In this document: positions 46,712-55,482 of the stretch, one piece after another | Layout of the letters: every line of letters begins with the position of its first letter | Position numbering within the stretch: the first letter of the stretch is position 1 | Assembly (NCBI GenBank): GCA_965204725.1 | Contig: OZ242005.1 | Coordinates: 2,720,001 to 2,784,000 of the forward strand | Direction: 5' to 3' | DNA length: 64,000 bases | Source: Candidatus Latescibacterota bacterium | Lineage (GTDB): Bacteria > Latescibacterota > UBA2968 > UBA8231 | Notes under the pieces: model-generated | Database searches by the model: none | What the model saw: only the letters and a program-made list of their open reading frames with translations | What the model was told of the DNA's origin: nothing | Made by a program: the position numbers and the translations under genes

Positions 46712-47599
46712 CTACTTGGCAAACGTGGATTTGATCCGGCCCCAGCCCACTTCCTCTACGGATGTTCCCTCGCCAGCCATGACTTGGGAAGCCCAGTCGA
46801 TGTCCGGGTCGATGGGCGCGAGCAGAAAGTCGGAGAGCAAATCGCCTTGGAAGTAGCTGTCTGTGGCTCCGCTCAGAGTCCAGTAGCCCTCGTAGCCGGC
46901 ACTTTCCAAATCGTCGTCGTCGATGATGGTGAAGTGAAAACCAATGATGTTGCCCTCGACCAACGTGCCGATAGTGCTCTGGTCAATCCCGTTCCAGTTC
47001 AGGTTGTCGAACGGGGTCAGCATGTACTCGGCCCGGAAGAAGCCTTCCCCGCCTTCCTCGGCCGTCTGGGTGGAGGCAAACTGCCCGTAGGGCGGCTCGG
47101 TGATCCACTGAGCTTTGCCCCAGTGGTTCAGACCCGGGCCACCCTGATTGAAACCATAGTTTTGGGCGTGGGCACCGTGCAGCAGATCCTTCTGGTCTTG
47201 GTCTTCCACGTCGGCCCACACGTTGAACATGCCGCCGCTGTGGTCTGCGTCGAACACCATCTCCATAGGCTCCCAGCCGGTGATGACCCAGATAGCATCG
47301 TCGAACCGATCTTCCATGACGTAGAGCTTGTTGGTGTTGGGGTTCCAGCCGACGATGGCCCGCAAAGCTAAGTCGGTGGCGTCCCACGCGGTGCCTACGC
47401 CTCGCACGGTCTCGGTGAGTTGCTCGTGGTTGATCCAGTAGCCTTCGGGGATGACGTCCCACTCGATGAGGTTGCCGTCGATGGTGGGAATGTTGGCGTC
47501 GGGAAACTGCACGGCGGGGAACACCACATCTGCGGGCAGGTGTGCCCCAACAGGGACCGCCGCGAGGGCGAGGGCAAAAATCAGGGCGAGCTTTTTCAT
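46712..47599 (-). CDS. Secreted CBM9/DOMON-like protein with C-terminal WGRIK motif
   Basis: MKKLALIF signal peptide, PTIDGNL.EW, D.DHSGG, IIGF...IIDDD; ends TSVEEVGWGRIKSTFAK. Confidence 0.75.
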   Translation of the reverse strand: MKKLALIFALALAAVPVGAHLPADVVFPAVQFPDANIPTIDGNLIEWDVIPEGYWINHEQLTETVRGVGTAWDATDLALRAIVGWNPNTNKLYVMEDRFDDAIWVITGWEPMEMVFDADHSGGMFNVWADVEDQDQKDLLHGAHAQNYGFNQGGPGLNHWGKAQWITEPPYGQFASTQTAEEGGEGFFRAEYMLTPFDNLNWNGIDQSTIGTLVEGNIIGFHFTIIDDDDLESAGYEGYWTLSGATDSYFQGDLLSDFLLAPIDPDIDWASQVMAGEGTSVEEVGWGRIKSTFAK

Positions 47600-47671
47600 T
47601 GCGTTACTCCATTGGAAAGAGGTTGGAAAACCTATAACTTCTCTGCGCTTGCTTTTGTTGTTGCGGCTTAC

Positions 47672-47701
47672 ATTGTACGGAATTTGCTTCTCATTTGTCA
47701 A
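47672..47701 (-). promoter_or_regulatory. Sigma70 promoter of the WGRIK-tailed gene
   Basis: Minus strand TTGACA-18 nt-TACAAT with an AT-rich upstream tract. Confidence 0.7.
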
Positions 47702-47780
47702 AAAATAAAAACTTTATTCCTTACTTTAATAGAACAGAGCTATCGTAAACTTGGACCCCCTAACCGAAGGACAAACGACC

Positions 47781-48011
47781 ATGAGTGAACCAATTACGCC
47801 GCAGCAAGACCACGACCGCCGTATAGGACGAATGGAAGGCATCGCCGAGCAGTTAGACCGCCGTTTGGACAGCATTGAGCGGGCGGTTGTCGAGCAAGGC
47901 CACCAACTGCGGCAAGACATCCGCGAGCTACGCGCCAGCGTCCGCTGGCTCATCGGCATTCAGTTCGGCGTAGTGGGCTTGTTGGTATCCATCCTGTTGA
48001 AGCTGAATTAA
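47781..48011 (+). CDS. Small coiled-coil protein with C-terminal TM helix (paralog of 46329-46583)
   Basis: MSEPITPQQDHDRRIGRMEGIAEQLDRRLD...RWLIGIQFGVVGLL; AAGGA RBS. Confidence 0.8.
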   Translation: MSEPITPQQDHDRRIGRMEGIAEQLDRRLDSIERAVVEQGHQLRQDIRELRASVRWLIGIQFGVVGLLVSILLKLN

Positions 48012-48028
48012 CCTACTAACGCCCCGCC

Positions 48029-49882
48029 GTGTTGTACCTATTCGGCCTGCTCCTCGCCCTTGCCTGCGAAGCGTACGCGCTCGACGACAGGCCGCTGGCC
48101 CAAGTGGGCGCGGAGCTGATTACCGAGCAGGACTATCGCCGGTTTGTCGCTGGCTTGCCCGAGTGGACCCAGAGCACGGCCGATGGCCGCGACCAAGTGC
48201 GCGACTATCTGCAATCCCTCGTCGACCGCGCCCTCATCTTGCGCGCCGCGCGGGCGCAGCAGGTGGAGCAAAGCGCGGCCGTGCAAGAAAACATGGCAGC
48301 GGCCCGGCGGCTAAAAGTGACGCAGGCAATGGAGCAGCGCTACATCCGCCCCGCTGTCTCGGTTAGCGAAGCCGCGCTACGGCGCGTATATGCCGCGCAG
48401 GGGTGGGAGCGGCAGCTCAAGATCGCCCACATTTTCACGCGGACGCAACCGCCGGCCGTAGCGGCCCTCGCCGCCCTGCACGCGGGCCGGGCCTTTGCAG
48501 AAGTGGCGCGCGAGTTTTCGCAAAACCGCACCACCGCGGCGCACGGCGGGGAAAAGCCGTACTATTACAGCCGCATCAACGCCATCCCGGCCGTGCGCGA
48601 TTCCCTGTTTAGCTTGCCCAAAGGTGCAATCTCTGCCATCCTCCCCGTTCCCAAGGGGTACGAGATTTTCAAAATCCTCGACGAGCGCACGGCTTCCTAC
48701 GAGCAAATGCGGCCGCAAGTCCTCAAGGCCGTTATGCGAGAGCGATTGCAGGCGCGGCGGCGGGCGTACATCGACTCATTGGCCGAGCGGTTCCAATGGC
48801 AGGAGGTTGCCGCGGGCATGGCCCGGCTCACGCGCATCTTGCGCAGCGGCGAGCAAGCGGGCGACAGCAAGGTCTTTTACCTCTCCGACGCCGATGCCAC
48901 GACCCCGCTGTACACGTACCGGGGCGGCGCGATCAGCGTGGGCGAAGCCGTGAGCCGCTCGCAGTTTATTCGCCAAGGGCGGTATGTGGAGGACAGCCTG
49001 AAGGTGGCCCATTACTTGGAGCGCGACGTGAAGGGGCCGCAGCTTCTCCTGCTGCAAGGCCGCGCCTTGGGGATTGAGCAAGAGCCGGCGGTCGCCGACT
49101 GGCTGGCGCGCAAAAAGGAAGAGCTCCTCATCCGCGCCATGCGGCGTCTCGCCACGGCCCACGCAAAGCCGGTGACCGAGCAAGAGATGCGCGCTCACTA
49201 CGAGGCGCACCCGAGCCAGTACCGAACTTCGTCGATGGTAGAAATCGTGGAAATACAGGTCGAGGAAGAGGCCCAAGCGCGCGAATTGCTGGCGCGGATA
49301 CGCGCCGACCGGCAGCGCGCCGCGCCCCTGATTGCTCTCCTCGCCGAGCTAGCAAAGGACGGGCGCACGGTGAGCGCGTTGCAGGACCTCAACGACGAAC
49401 TCGCGGTGTATGGCTGGCTCAAGCAGCGGCTGAGCGACCCGCTGGGCGCGGCGCAAATCGCCGCAGAGGTTGCCCAAGCGACCGGCCCGGCCGAGCTCGC
49501 CGAGACCTACATCGCGCGGCAGCTTGCGGCCTCGTACAGCGTGCGCCACGGCAGCCGCGAAGCCGAGGGCCGCTACGCGCTCTATTGGCACGAGACGCCG
49601 CGCTTTGGGCCGCTGGTCACAGCAGCCATGGAGGCCGAGGTCGGCGCGCTGATCGGCCCGGTAGAGCACCACGGCCTGTACTCGATCGCCAAGATCGTGG
49701 GGCGCACCGCAGCGGGGCGGCAGCCCTTTGCCGCCGTAAAGAAGCGCGTTGAGCACGCTTTGCGCGGCCGCCGCGAGAGTGCCTTGTTCGAGCAGTGGCT
49801 GCATGCGTTGCGGGCCGCGGCCGCGGCCGAAGTGGTCTTCTTCGACGACAACATCAACGCCCTAGGGCAGGACGCGCCGTGA
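48029..49882 (+). CDS. Periplasmic parvulin-type peptidyl-prolyl isomerase (SurA/PrsA-like, two PpiC domains)
   Basis: Signal peptide, LQSLVDR.L, IAHI, G.AFAEVAREFS, GYEIFK, second degenerate rotamase domain. Confidence 0.75.
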   Translation: MLYLFGLLLALACEAYALDDRPLAQVGAELITEQDYRRFVAGLPEWTQSTADGRDQVRDYLQSLVDRALILRAARAQQVEQSAAVQENMAAARRLKVTQAMEQRYIRPAVSVSEAALRRVYAAQGWERQLKIAHIFTRTQPPAVAALAALHAGRAFAEVAREFSQNRTTAAHGGEKPYYYSRINAIPAVRDSLFSLPKGAISAILPVPKGYEIFKILDERTASYEQMRPQVLKAVMRERLQARRRAYIDSLAERFQWQEVAAGMARLTRILRSGEQAGDSKVFYLSDADATTPLYTYRGGAISVGEAVSRSQFIRQGRYVEDSLKVAHYLERDVKGPQLLLLQGRALGIEQEPAVADWLARKKEELLIRAMRRLATAHAKPVTEQEMRAHYEAHPSQYRTSSMVEIVEIQVEEEAQARELLARIRADRQRAAPLIALLAELAKDGRTVSALQDLNDELAVYGWLKQRLSDPLGAAQIAAEVAQATGPAELAETYIARQLAASYSVRHGSREAEGRYALYWHETPRFGPLVTAAMEAEVGALIGPVEHHGLYSIAKIVGRTAAGRQPFAAVKKRVEHALRGRRESALFEQWLHALRAAAAAEVVFFDDNINALGQDAP

Positions 49883-50757
49883 TCCAACGCGAGCGCCGCA
49901 AGCTGATCGCGCCCCTGCTCGGGCCAGCGCTCGGGCTGCACATCGCGTTCTTTGTGCTGCCCGTGTGCAACGCGTTTTACTATTCCCTGACTTCTTGGTC
50001 GGGCGTGTCGCCGGAAAAGGAGTACATCGGCCTCGCCAATTTTGGCCGCGCCTTGGCCGATCCGACCTTTCGCACGGCCTTAGAGAACGTCTTTTTGTTC
50101 GGCGTCCTCGGGTTCGTGGTCGTCTTTCCGCTGAGCCTGCTGTTCGCGGTGGTCCTCGCCCAAAAGCCGCCCTTTGCCGGATTCCTAAAATTCGTGGTCT
50201 TTGCCCCGACCCTGCTCTCGGTCGTGGTCACGGCCGTGCTGTGGGGCAGCATCTACAACCCGGTCATCGGCCTGCTCAACGAAACCCTGCGCGGCGTCGG
50301 GCTAGACGCGCTCGCTCGCCCTTGGCTGGGCAGCCGCCACAACGCCCTGCCAGCCATTGCCATCGCCATGATCTGGCAGGGGTTGGGCACGTACGTGATC
50401 CTGTTTTTGGCCGGCCTGCAAAAAATTCCGCTTAGTTTTTACGAGGCCGCCGAGCTGGATGGGGCCAATGCTTGGCAGCAATTTTGGCACGTGACCCTGC
50501 CGCTGCTGTGGGACGTCGTGCAGATTCTGGTCGTTTTCTGGATCATCGGCGCCTTTCAGGCGTTTGCCCTCATCTTCGTCATCACGCGCGGCTACCCCAA
50601 CGTCATTGAGGTGCTGGGCACGTACATCTACTGGGCCGGCTTTCAGGGGCAGAGCATCGGCTATGCCTCGGCCATGGGGGTCATCATGTTCTTCCTCGTG
50701 TTGGCGTTTAGCCTCGCGGTCAATCGCCTGATGCGCCGCGAGCGCGTGGAATACTAA
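49879..50757 (+). CDS. Carbohydrate ABC transporter permease
   Basis: GTG start overlapping the upstream stop; YEAAELDGA..WQQFWHVTLP, IGYASA. Confidence 0.92.
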   Translation: MIQRERRKLIAPLLGPALGLHIAFFVLPVCNAFYYSLTSWSGVSPEKEYIGLANFGRALADPTFRTALENVFLFGVLGFVVVFPLSLLFAVVLAQKPPFAGFLKFVVFAPTLLSVVVTAVLWGSIYNPVIGLLNETLRGVGLDALARPWLGSRHNALPAIAIAMIWQGLGTYVILFLAGLQKIPLSFYEAAELDGANAWQQFWHVTLPLLWDVVQILVVFWIIGAFQAFALIFVITRGYPNVIEVLGTYIYWAGFQGQSIGYASAMGVIMFFLVLAFSLAVNRLMRRERVEY

Positions 50758-50758
50758 G

Positions 50759-51586
50759 ATGCGCCGCTTGCCCAAGTTGCTGGCCATCCTGTTTATGGGA
50801 AGCTATTGCCTGAGTTCCCTAATCGCCCTCGGCTGGGTGGCCTATACCTCCTTTAAGACCAATCCCGAGTTCTTTGCCAGCACTTGGGCCTTGCCGGCCG
50901 AATGGCGCTGGAGCAATTACGCATACGCTTGGGACAACGCCGAAATTGGCCGCTACTTTTTTAATACCGCCTATATCACCGCGCTCGCCGCACTCGGCAC
51001 TTTAGCGGCGTCGGCTATGGCCGCCTACATTCTAGCGCGGGTGATCTTCCCGTTTCAACGCTTCACCCTCTACCTCTTCCTGTCGGCCATGATGGTGCCG
51101 CCCATGCTGTACCTCTTCCCGCTCTTCGTGCAGATGCGGCATTTGCACCTAACCAACAGCCACTTTGGGTTGATCGCACTCTACATCGCCACCGGGCTGC
51201 CCTTTTCGATCTTCGTCCTGACGGGTTTTTTCAAGACCCTGCCAACCGAAATGGAAGAGGCCGCGCTGATTGACGGGGCCTCGCCGTGGCGGACCTTTTG
51301 GATGATCGCCCTGCCGCTGGCCAAGCCCGGGCTCATCGCGGTTTCCATCTTCAACTGCATCAACTACTGGAACGAGTTTTTCTGGTCGCTCATTCTCCTC
51401 CGCACCGGCAAGCTCTACACGCTCGCTCGCGGCCTGCAAACCTTGTTTTGGAACATGTCAACCGAATCGCGCTGGACCGAGTTGTTTGCCGGGCTGGTGA
51501 TCGTCATGCTGCCCCTGATCGCGGTGTTCATCCTGTTGCAGAACCGCATTACCGAGGGCCTGACCGCCGGCGCGCTAAAGGGCTGA
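50759..51586 (+). CDS. Carbohydrate ABC transporter permease
   Basis: EEAALIDGAS, PLAKPG, WNEF, GLTAGALKG. Confidence 0.93.
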   Translation: MRRLPKLLAILFMGSYCLSSLIALGWVAYTSFKTNPEFFASTWALPAEWRWSNYAYAWDNAEIGRYFFNTAYITALAALGTLAASAMAAYILARVIFPFQRFTLYLFLSAMMVPPMLYLFPLFVQMRHLHLTNSHFGLIALYIATGLPFSIFVLTGFFKTLPTEMEEAALIDGASPWRTFWMIALPLAKPGLIAVSIFNCINYWNEFFWSLILLRTGKLYTLARGLQTLFWNMSTESRWTELFAGLVIVMLPLIAVFILLQNRITEGLTAGALKG

Positions 51587-51719
51587 CATCCGATTGGCGT
51601 CATGCCGTTGACATTGTGTTGCCTCAATCGTGATTTTACATCATCGTCCGAAAAATTGCCCGCAAACCAATGCTTCTTGGGAGATGAAGTCGATCCTTTG
51701 ATCGACGAGGAGACTTGCC

Positions 51720-54161
51720 ATGATGCGTTTATGGAGAATGTTACTAGCTATAATAATCATTGCCATTTTCGCTGGGGGTGCTCCGCTCTGGGGCCATGTA
51801 GAAGACGGAGAAATCACGGGCAAGCCGCTAAGAGCCATAAGAATCCATGCTACTCCCCCTAAAATCGACGGCCGCTTAGACGATTTAATCTGGCAGCGCG
51901 CCCCTGTCTTTACAGGATTTACTCAGCGGCGACCCGATACGGGACAGGCGGCGACCGAATCGACGACCGTACAATTTGCTTACGACGACAAAGCACTGTA
52001 CGTCGGTGTTATGGCCTTTGATCGCCAGCCCGAGCACATAGTGGCTCGTCTCGCCCGCCGCGATCAGTGGTCAGAAGCAGATTTCATCCAGATTGCCATC
52101 GATGCCCACCACGATCATCAGACGAACTTTGTGTTCCAAGTATTCGCCGGCGGCTCCCTGACAGATGGGTACAATTACGATGATGGACAGGGTTGGGACA
52201 GTGCCTGGGATGGGGTCTGGCAAGCGCGGCAAAGTCGGCATGAGAACGGGTGGTGTGTAGAATACAAAATTCCCTACCAAGCGCTCCGCTTCAGTCCCCA
52301 AGAGAAATACACTTGGGGCATCAATGTAATTCGCTACATAAGTCGCAAAAAAGAAGATGTCTATTGGCGTATGATTCCGCTTGAGCAAAGCGGTTGGCCC
52401 TCGCACTTTGGCCATCTCGAAGGTATTGAGCAGATCATTCCCCCTAAACCTTTGGAGATTATGCCTTATATCGTCGGCCGATCCACCTTTATCGCCGACA
52501 ATGGGTCCGATAGCCGCGATCTCTTCGGCAATCTGGGGGTTAATATGCGCTACGGCCTGACCTCGGGCCTCTCGCTCAACGCCACAGTCAATCCAGACTT
52601 CGGGCAGGTGGAGGCCGACCCGGCCGTACTAAATCTTTCCGTCTTTGAGACCTTCTTTGAGGAGCGGCGTCCCTTTTTCGTCGATGGTGCCGATAATTTC
52701 CGCACGCCGATCCAGCTTTTCTATTCCCGTCGCATTGGCAAGCAGCCCGGCTTCAATCGCATCCCCAGCGGTTTTGAAATGGTGGACCGACCAGATTTTA
52801 CCACCATTTTAGGAGCCGTAAAAATAATGGGTAAGACGACCGGCAAAACCAGCTTTGGGTTCATGGAAGCACTTACCGCTAGAGAGTATGCCTCGCTGGA
52901 AAGTGTGGAGGAAGAAAAAAACCGTCGTGATTTTATTCTCGAACCGCGCTCCCACATCTTGGTGGGCCGAGTACAACAAGATCTCTTTCAAGGCAACTCT
53001 CACATTGGCCTGACCGGTACGAGTCTCAATCGACACAAGGCGGCCGACGCGTACTCTGGAAGTGTGGATTGGTGGCTGCATTCGGGGCAAAACGCATACG
53101 ATTTCTGGGGACAGATCGCCGGTAGCCAAATCGGATCGGCCGCCGACCGGAAGAGGGGGTGGGGCAACGAGATGGCCGTAGGCAAGCGGAGCGGCTGGCT
53201 ACGAGGAGAATTCCATTGGCAAGCCTACTCAAAAGACTTTGAAATCAATGATCTGGGTTTTCTATGGCGGAACAACTACTACGAAACTCGGTTGCAACTC
53301 GCGCTGCGCAAAGATCGTCCGTGGAGTTTTTTCCGTCGGAACAGCCTGAACATCAGGCAGTGGCGGCGCTGGAACTTCGACGACGTGGTACTGGCAAACG
53401 GCATCGGCTTGAGCACTTGGCATCAGTTCAAGACCTATTGGGAACTCTTTGGATCAATAAACCATGATTTTCGCACTCAGGACGATCTAGATACCCGGGG
53501 TGGGCCGCTCATCGTCCGGCCCGCTAGCACAGATTTTGAGCTTCATATCGAAAGCGACGATCGTCGAGCCATAAGTAGCCGACTCGGCTTTTCTTGGGGA
53601 AACGACGTGGAAGGGAGCTCTTGGCGCACGATGGCATTGAGCGTAGAAATTAAACCCGCTGATCATATCGAGTATCACTTTCAGCCGCGCTATCAGTGGG
53701 GTTTCGACGATGCACAGTGGGTTGGGAATATAGATACCGATGGGAATGGCACAGTTGAACACTTCGTATATGGAACCCTGCGTAGCAAGACGCTCGATCT
53801 GACGACCCGACTCAATGTGATCTTCAGCCGGGATCTGAGCCTAGAGCTCTATGTGCAGCCGTTTCTGGCGGTTGGGACCTACAAAAACTTCAAGGAACTA
53901 ACCAGCCCGAGTTCGTATCTGTTTACCCCGTATTCAGAGTTGGGTTACAATCCCGATTTTCGCCGCCGTTCACTACAAAGTAACATGGTCCTGCGTTGGG
54001 AATATCGTCCGGGCAGTACCTTATTCTTGGTGTGGTCCCAAGCGAACAGTGCGTTCTCTTCAGAGCCTTCCTTCCGCCCGCTGAAGAATATAGGGGAGAG
54101 TTTCCTAGACGCTGGTTCGGATATTTTCTTTGTCAAGGCAAATTACTGGCTATCATTATAG
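51720..54161 (+). CDS. CBM9 + DUF5916 outer-membrane protein
   Basis: PKIDGRLDD..W, NPDFGQVEAD...LNL..FETFFEERRPFF, LFYSRRIG, LRWEYRPGSTLFLVW, terminal VKANYW. Confidence 0.88.
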   Translation: MMRLWRMLLAIIIIAIFAGGAPLWGHVEDGEITGKPLRAIRIHATPPKIDGRLDDLIWQRAPVFTGFTQRRPDTGQAATESTTVQFAYDDKALYVGVMAFDRQPEHIVARLARRDQWSEADFIQIAIDAHHDHQTNFVFQVFAGGSLTDGYNYDDGQGWDSAWDGVWQARQSRHENGWCVEYKIPYQALRFSPQEKYTWGINVIRYISRKKEDVYWRMIPLEQSGWPSHFGHLEGIEQIIPPKPLEIMPYIVGRSTFIADNGSDSRDLFGNLGVNMRYGLTSGLSLNATVNPDFGQVEADPAVLNLSVFETFFEERRPFFVDGADNFRTPIQLFYSRRIGKQPGFNRIPSGFEMVDRPDFTTILGAVKIMGKTTGKTSFGFMEALTAREYASLESVEEEKNRRDFILEPRSHILVGRVQQDLFQGNSHIGLTGTSLNRHKAADAYSGSVDWWLHSGQNAYDFWGQIAGSQIGSAADRKRGWGNEMAVGKRSGWLRGEFHWQAYSKDFEINDLGFLWRNNYYETRLQLALRKDRPWSFFRRNSLNIRQWRRWNFDDVVLANGIGLSTWHQFKTYWELFGSINHDFRTQDDLDTRGGPLIVRPASTDFELHIESDDRRAISSRLGFSWGNDVEGSSWRTMALSVEIKPADHIEYHFQPRYQWGFDDAQWVGNIDTDGNGTVEHFVYGTLRSKTLDLTTRLNVIFSRDLSLELYVQPFLAVGTYKNFKELTSPSSYLFTPYSELGYNPDFRRRSLQSNMVLRWEYRPGSTLFLVWSQANSAFSSEPSFRPLKNIGESFLDAGSDIFFVKANYWLSL

Positions 54162-54174
54162 CAACCCTACAACC

Positions 54175-55482
54175 ATGAACCGCCGCGACGTCCTCAAATA
54201 CCTCGCTGCCGCTTTCGCCAGCGGGTGCGGCCGGTACTTACCCGGGGAAAACGCGCTGGAGATCGCCAACCTCCAGCCGCCGGCCGCGCAAGTGCCGATC
54301 AATCAGCTTATGTGGCGGGCTGTGGAGCGCTTCCGCGAGACGCACCCGGAAGTCCAAGTCGAGCCAGCCAGCGGTGGCGGTGGCGGCTACCAAGAATTGA
54401 TGATCCGCGTCATGGAGGGGCATCCGCCGGACATCATGTCCTTTGCCACGGCCGAGACCGGCCTTACCTACGCCTACGTCGAGCAGGGGCACGTCCTCGA
54501 TATAACCGAGTACCTCCAGCGGCCCGCTTGGGATACCCCGGGCAAGACTTGGCTGGAGACCATCGACCCGCTCTACCGAGAGCCGCTGACGTACCAAGGC
54601 CGCTTTTACGCCATCCCCCAAAACGTGATTTCCCTCCAAGTGTATTGCAACGCCGAGCTGTACCAACGCGCCGGGGCCGACCTCAATCCGCAGACTTGGG
54701 ATCAGTTTCTCGACAACTGCGCGCGCCTCAAACGCGCCGGTATCGTCCCCATTACCCAAGACGGCATCCACTGGTACACGAGCTGGTGGTTCGATCACCT
54801 CGCCCAGCGCATCCTCGGCGCAGACAAAGTGCGCCAAGCCTTCCGCGACCCCCAGCGCCGAACCCCATGGACCGAACCCGGGTTTCTCCAAGCCGCCCGC
54901 ATGGTCGAACAGATGCTGGATCGGGGGTACTTCGCCGAGGGGTTTGCCGGCCTCAACCACATCGAGTCCGAGCTTTTGTTCTGGCAGGGGCGGGCGGCGA
55001 CCGTGTTTGTGGGCAGTTGGTTTACCAGCGGCCGAGCCGAAGTCATCGGGGAGGATTTCCCCTTGTACGCGTTTCGCTTTCCCGCAGTTGAAGGCGGGCG
55101 CGGGAATCCCCGCGACTTGATCGGCACGGTCAACACCCAGAGCATCCCCGCTTTGGCGCGCCAGCCCGAGCGGGCGGCCGAGTTTCTGCGCTTGGTAAAC
55201 AGCCGCTGGTTCCAAGCGCAGATGGTGCAACAGGCCCAGATGATCAGCCCGCTGGTCGGGATGCCGCTGCCCGGCAGCCAACAAGGCTTAGATCAGGTGC
55301 TCGCCGAGACCGAGCGGTTCTACTCGTTTTCCTTTGGGCTAGAAGGGGCGCACCCGTTTTTGTATCGCCAATACTGGAACGAGTGGAACCAGTTCATGGT
55401 GGCGCGCGAGCTATCGGCGACCCAACTCGTGGAAAATCTCGAAAGCATTTTTACTCGGTATTACGGGCACTTCGCGGCCTAG
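54175..55482 (+). CDS. Sugar ABC transporter substrate-binding (lipo)protein
   Basis: Tat-like NRRDVLK plus lipobox ASGC; F.ETHP.V.V, PPDI, YAIP, PQTWDQF. Confidence 0.88.
   Translation: MNRRDVLKYLAAAFASGCGRYLPGENALEIANLQPPAAQVPINQLMWRAVERFRETHPEVQVEPASGGGGGYQELMIRVMEGHPPDIMSFATAETGLTYAYVEQGHVLDITEYLQRPAWDTPGKTWLETIDPLYREPLTYQGRFYAIPQNVISLQVYCNAELYQRAGADLNPQTWDQFLDNCARLKRAGIVPITQDGIHWYTSWWFDHLAQRILGADKVRQAFRDPQRRTPWTEPGFLQAARMVEQMLDRGYFAEGFAGLNHIESELLFWQGRAATVFVGSWFTSGRAEVIGEDFPLYAFRFPAVEGGRGNPRDLIGTVNTQSIPALARQPERAAEFLRLVNSRWFQAQMVQQAQMISPLVGMPLPGSQQGLDQVLAETERFYSFSFGLEGAHPFLYRQYWNEWNQFMVARELSATQLVENLESIFTRYYGHFAA

Noticed and set aside
38005-55284. Long alternative-frame ORFs (e.g. 38005-39003, 41374-42480, 42591-43445, 54225-55091, 54238-55284)
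   Set aside because: Antisense or frame-shifted shadows of well-supported genes, as expected at high GC, with no recognisable motifs.
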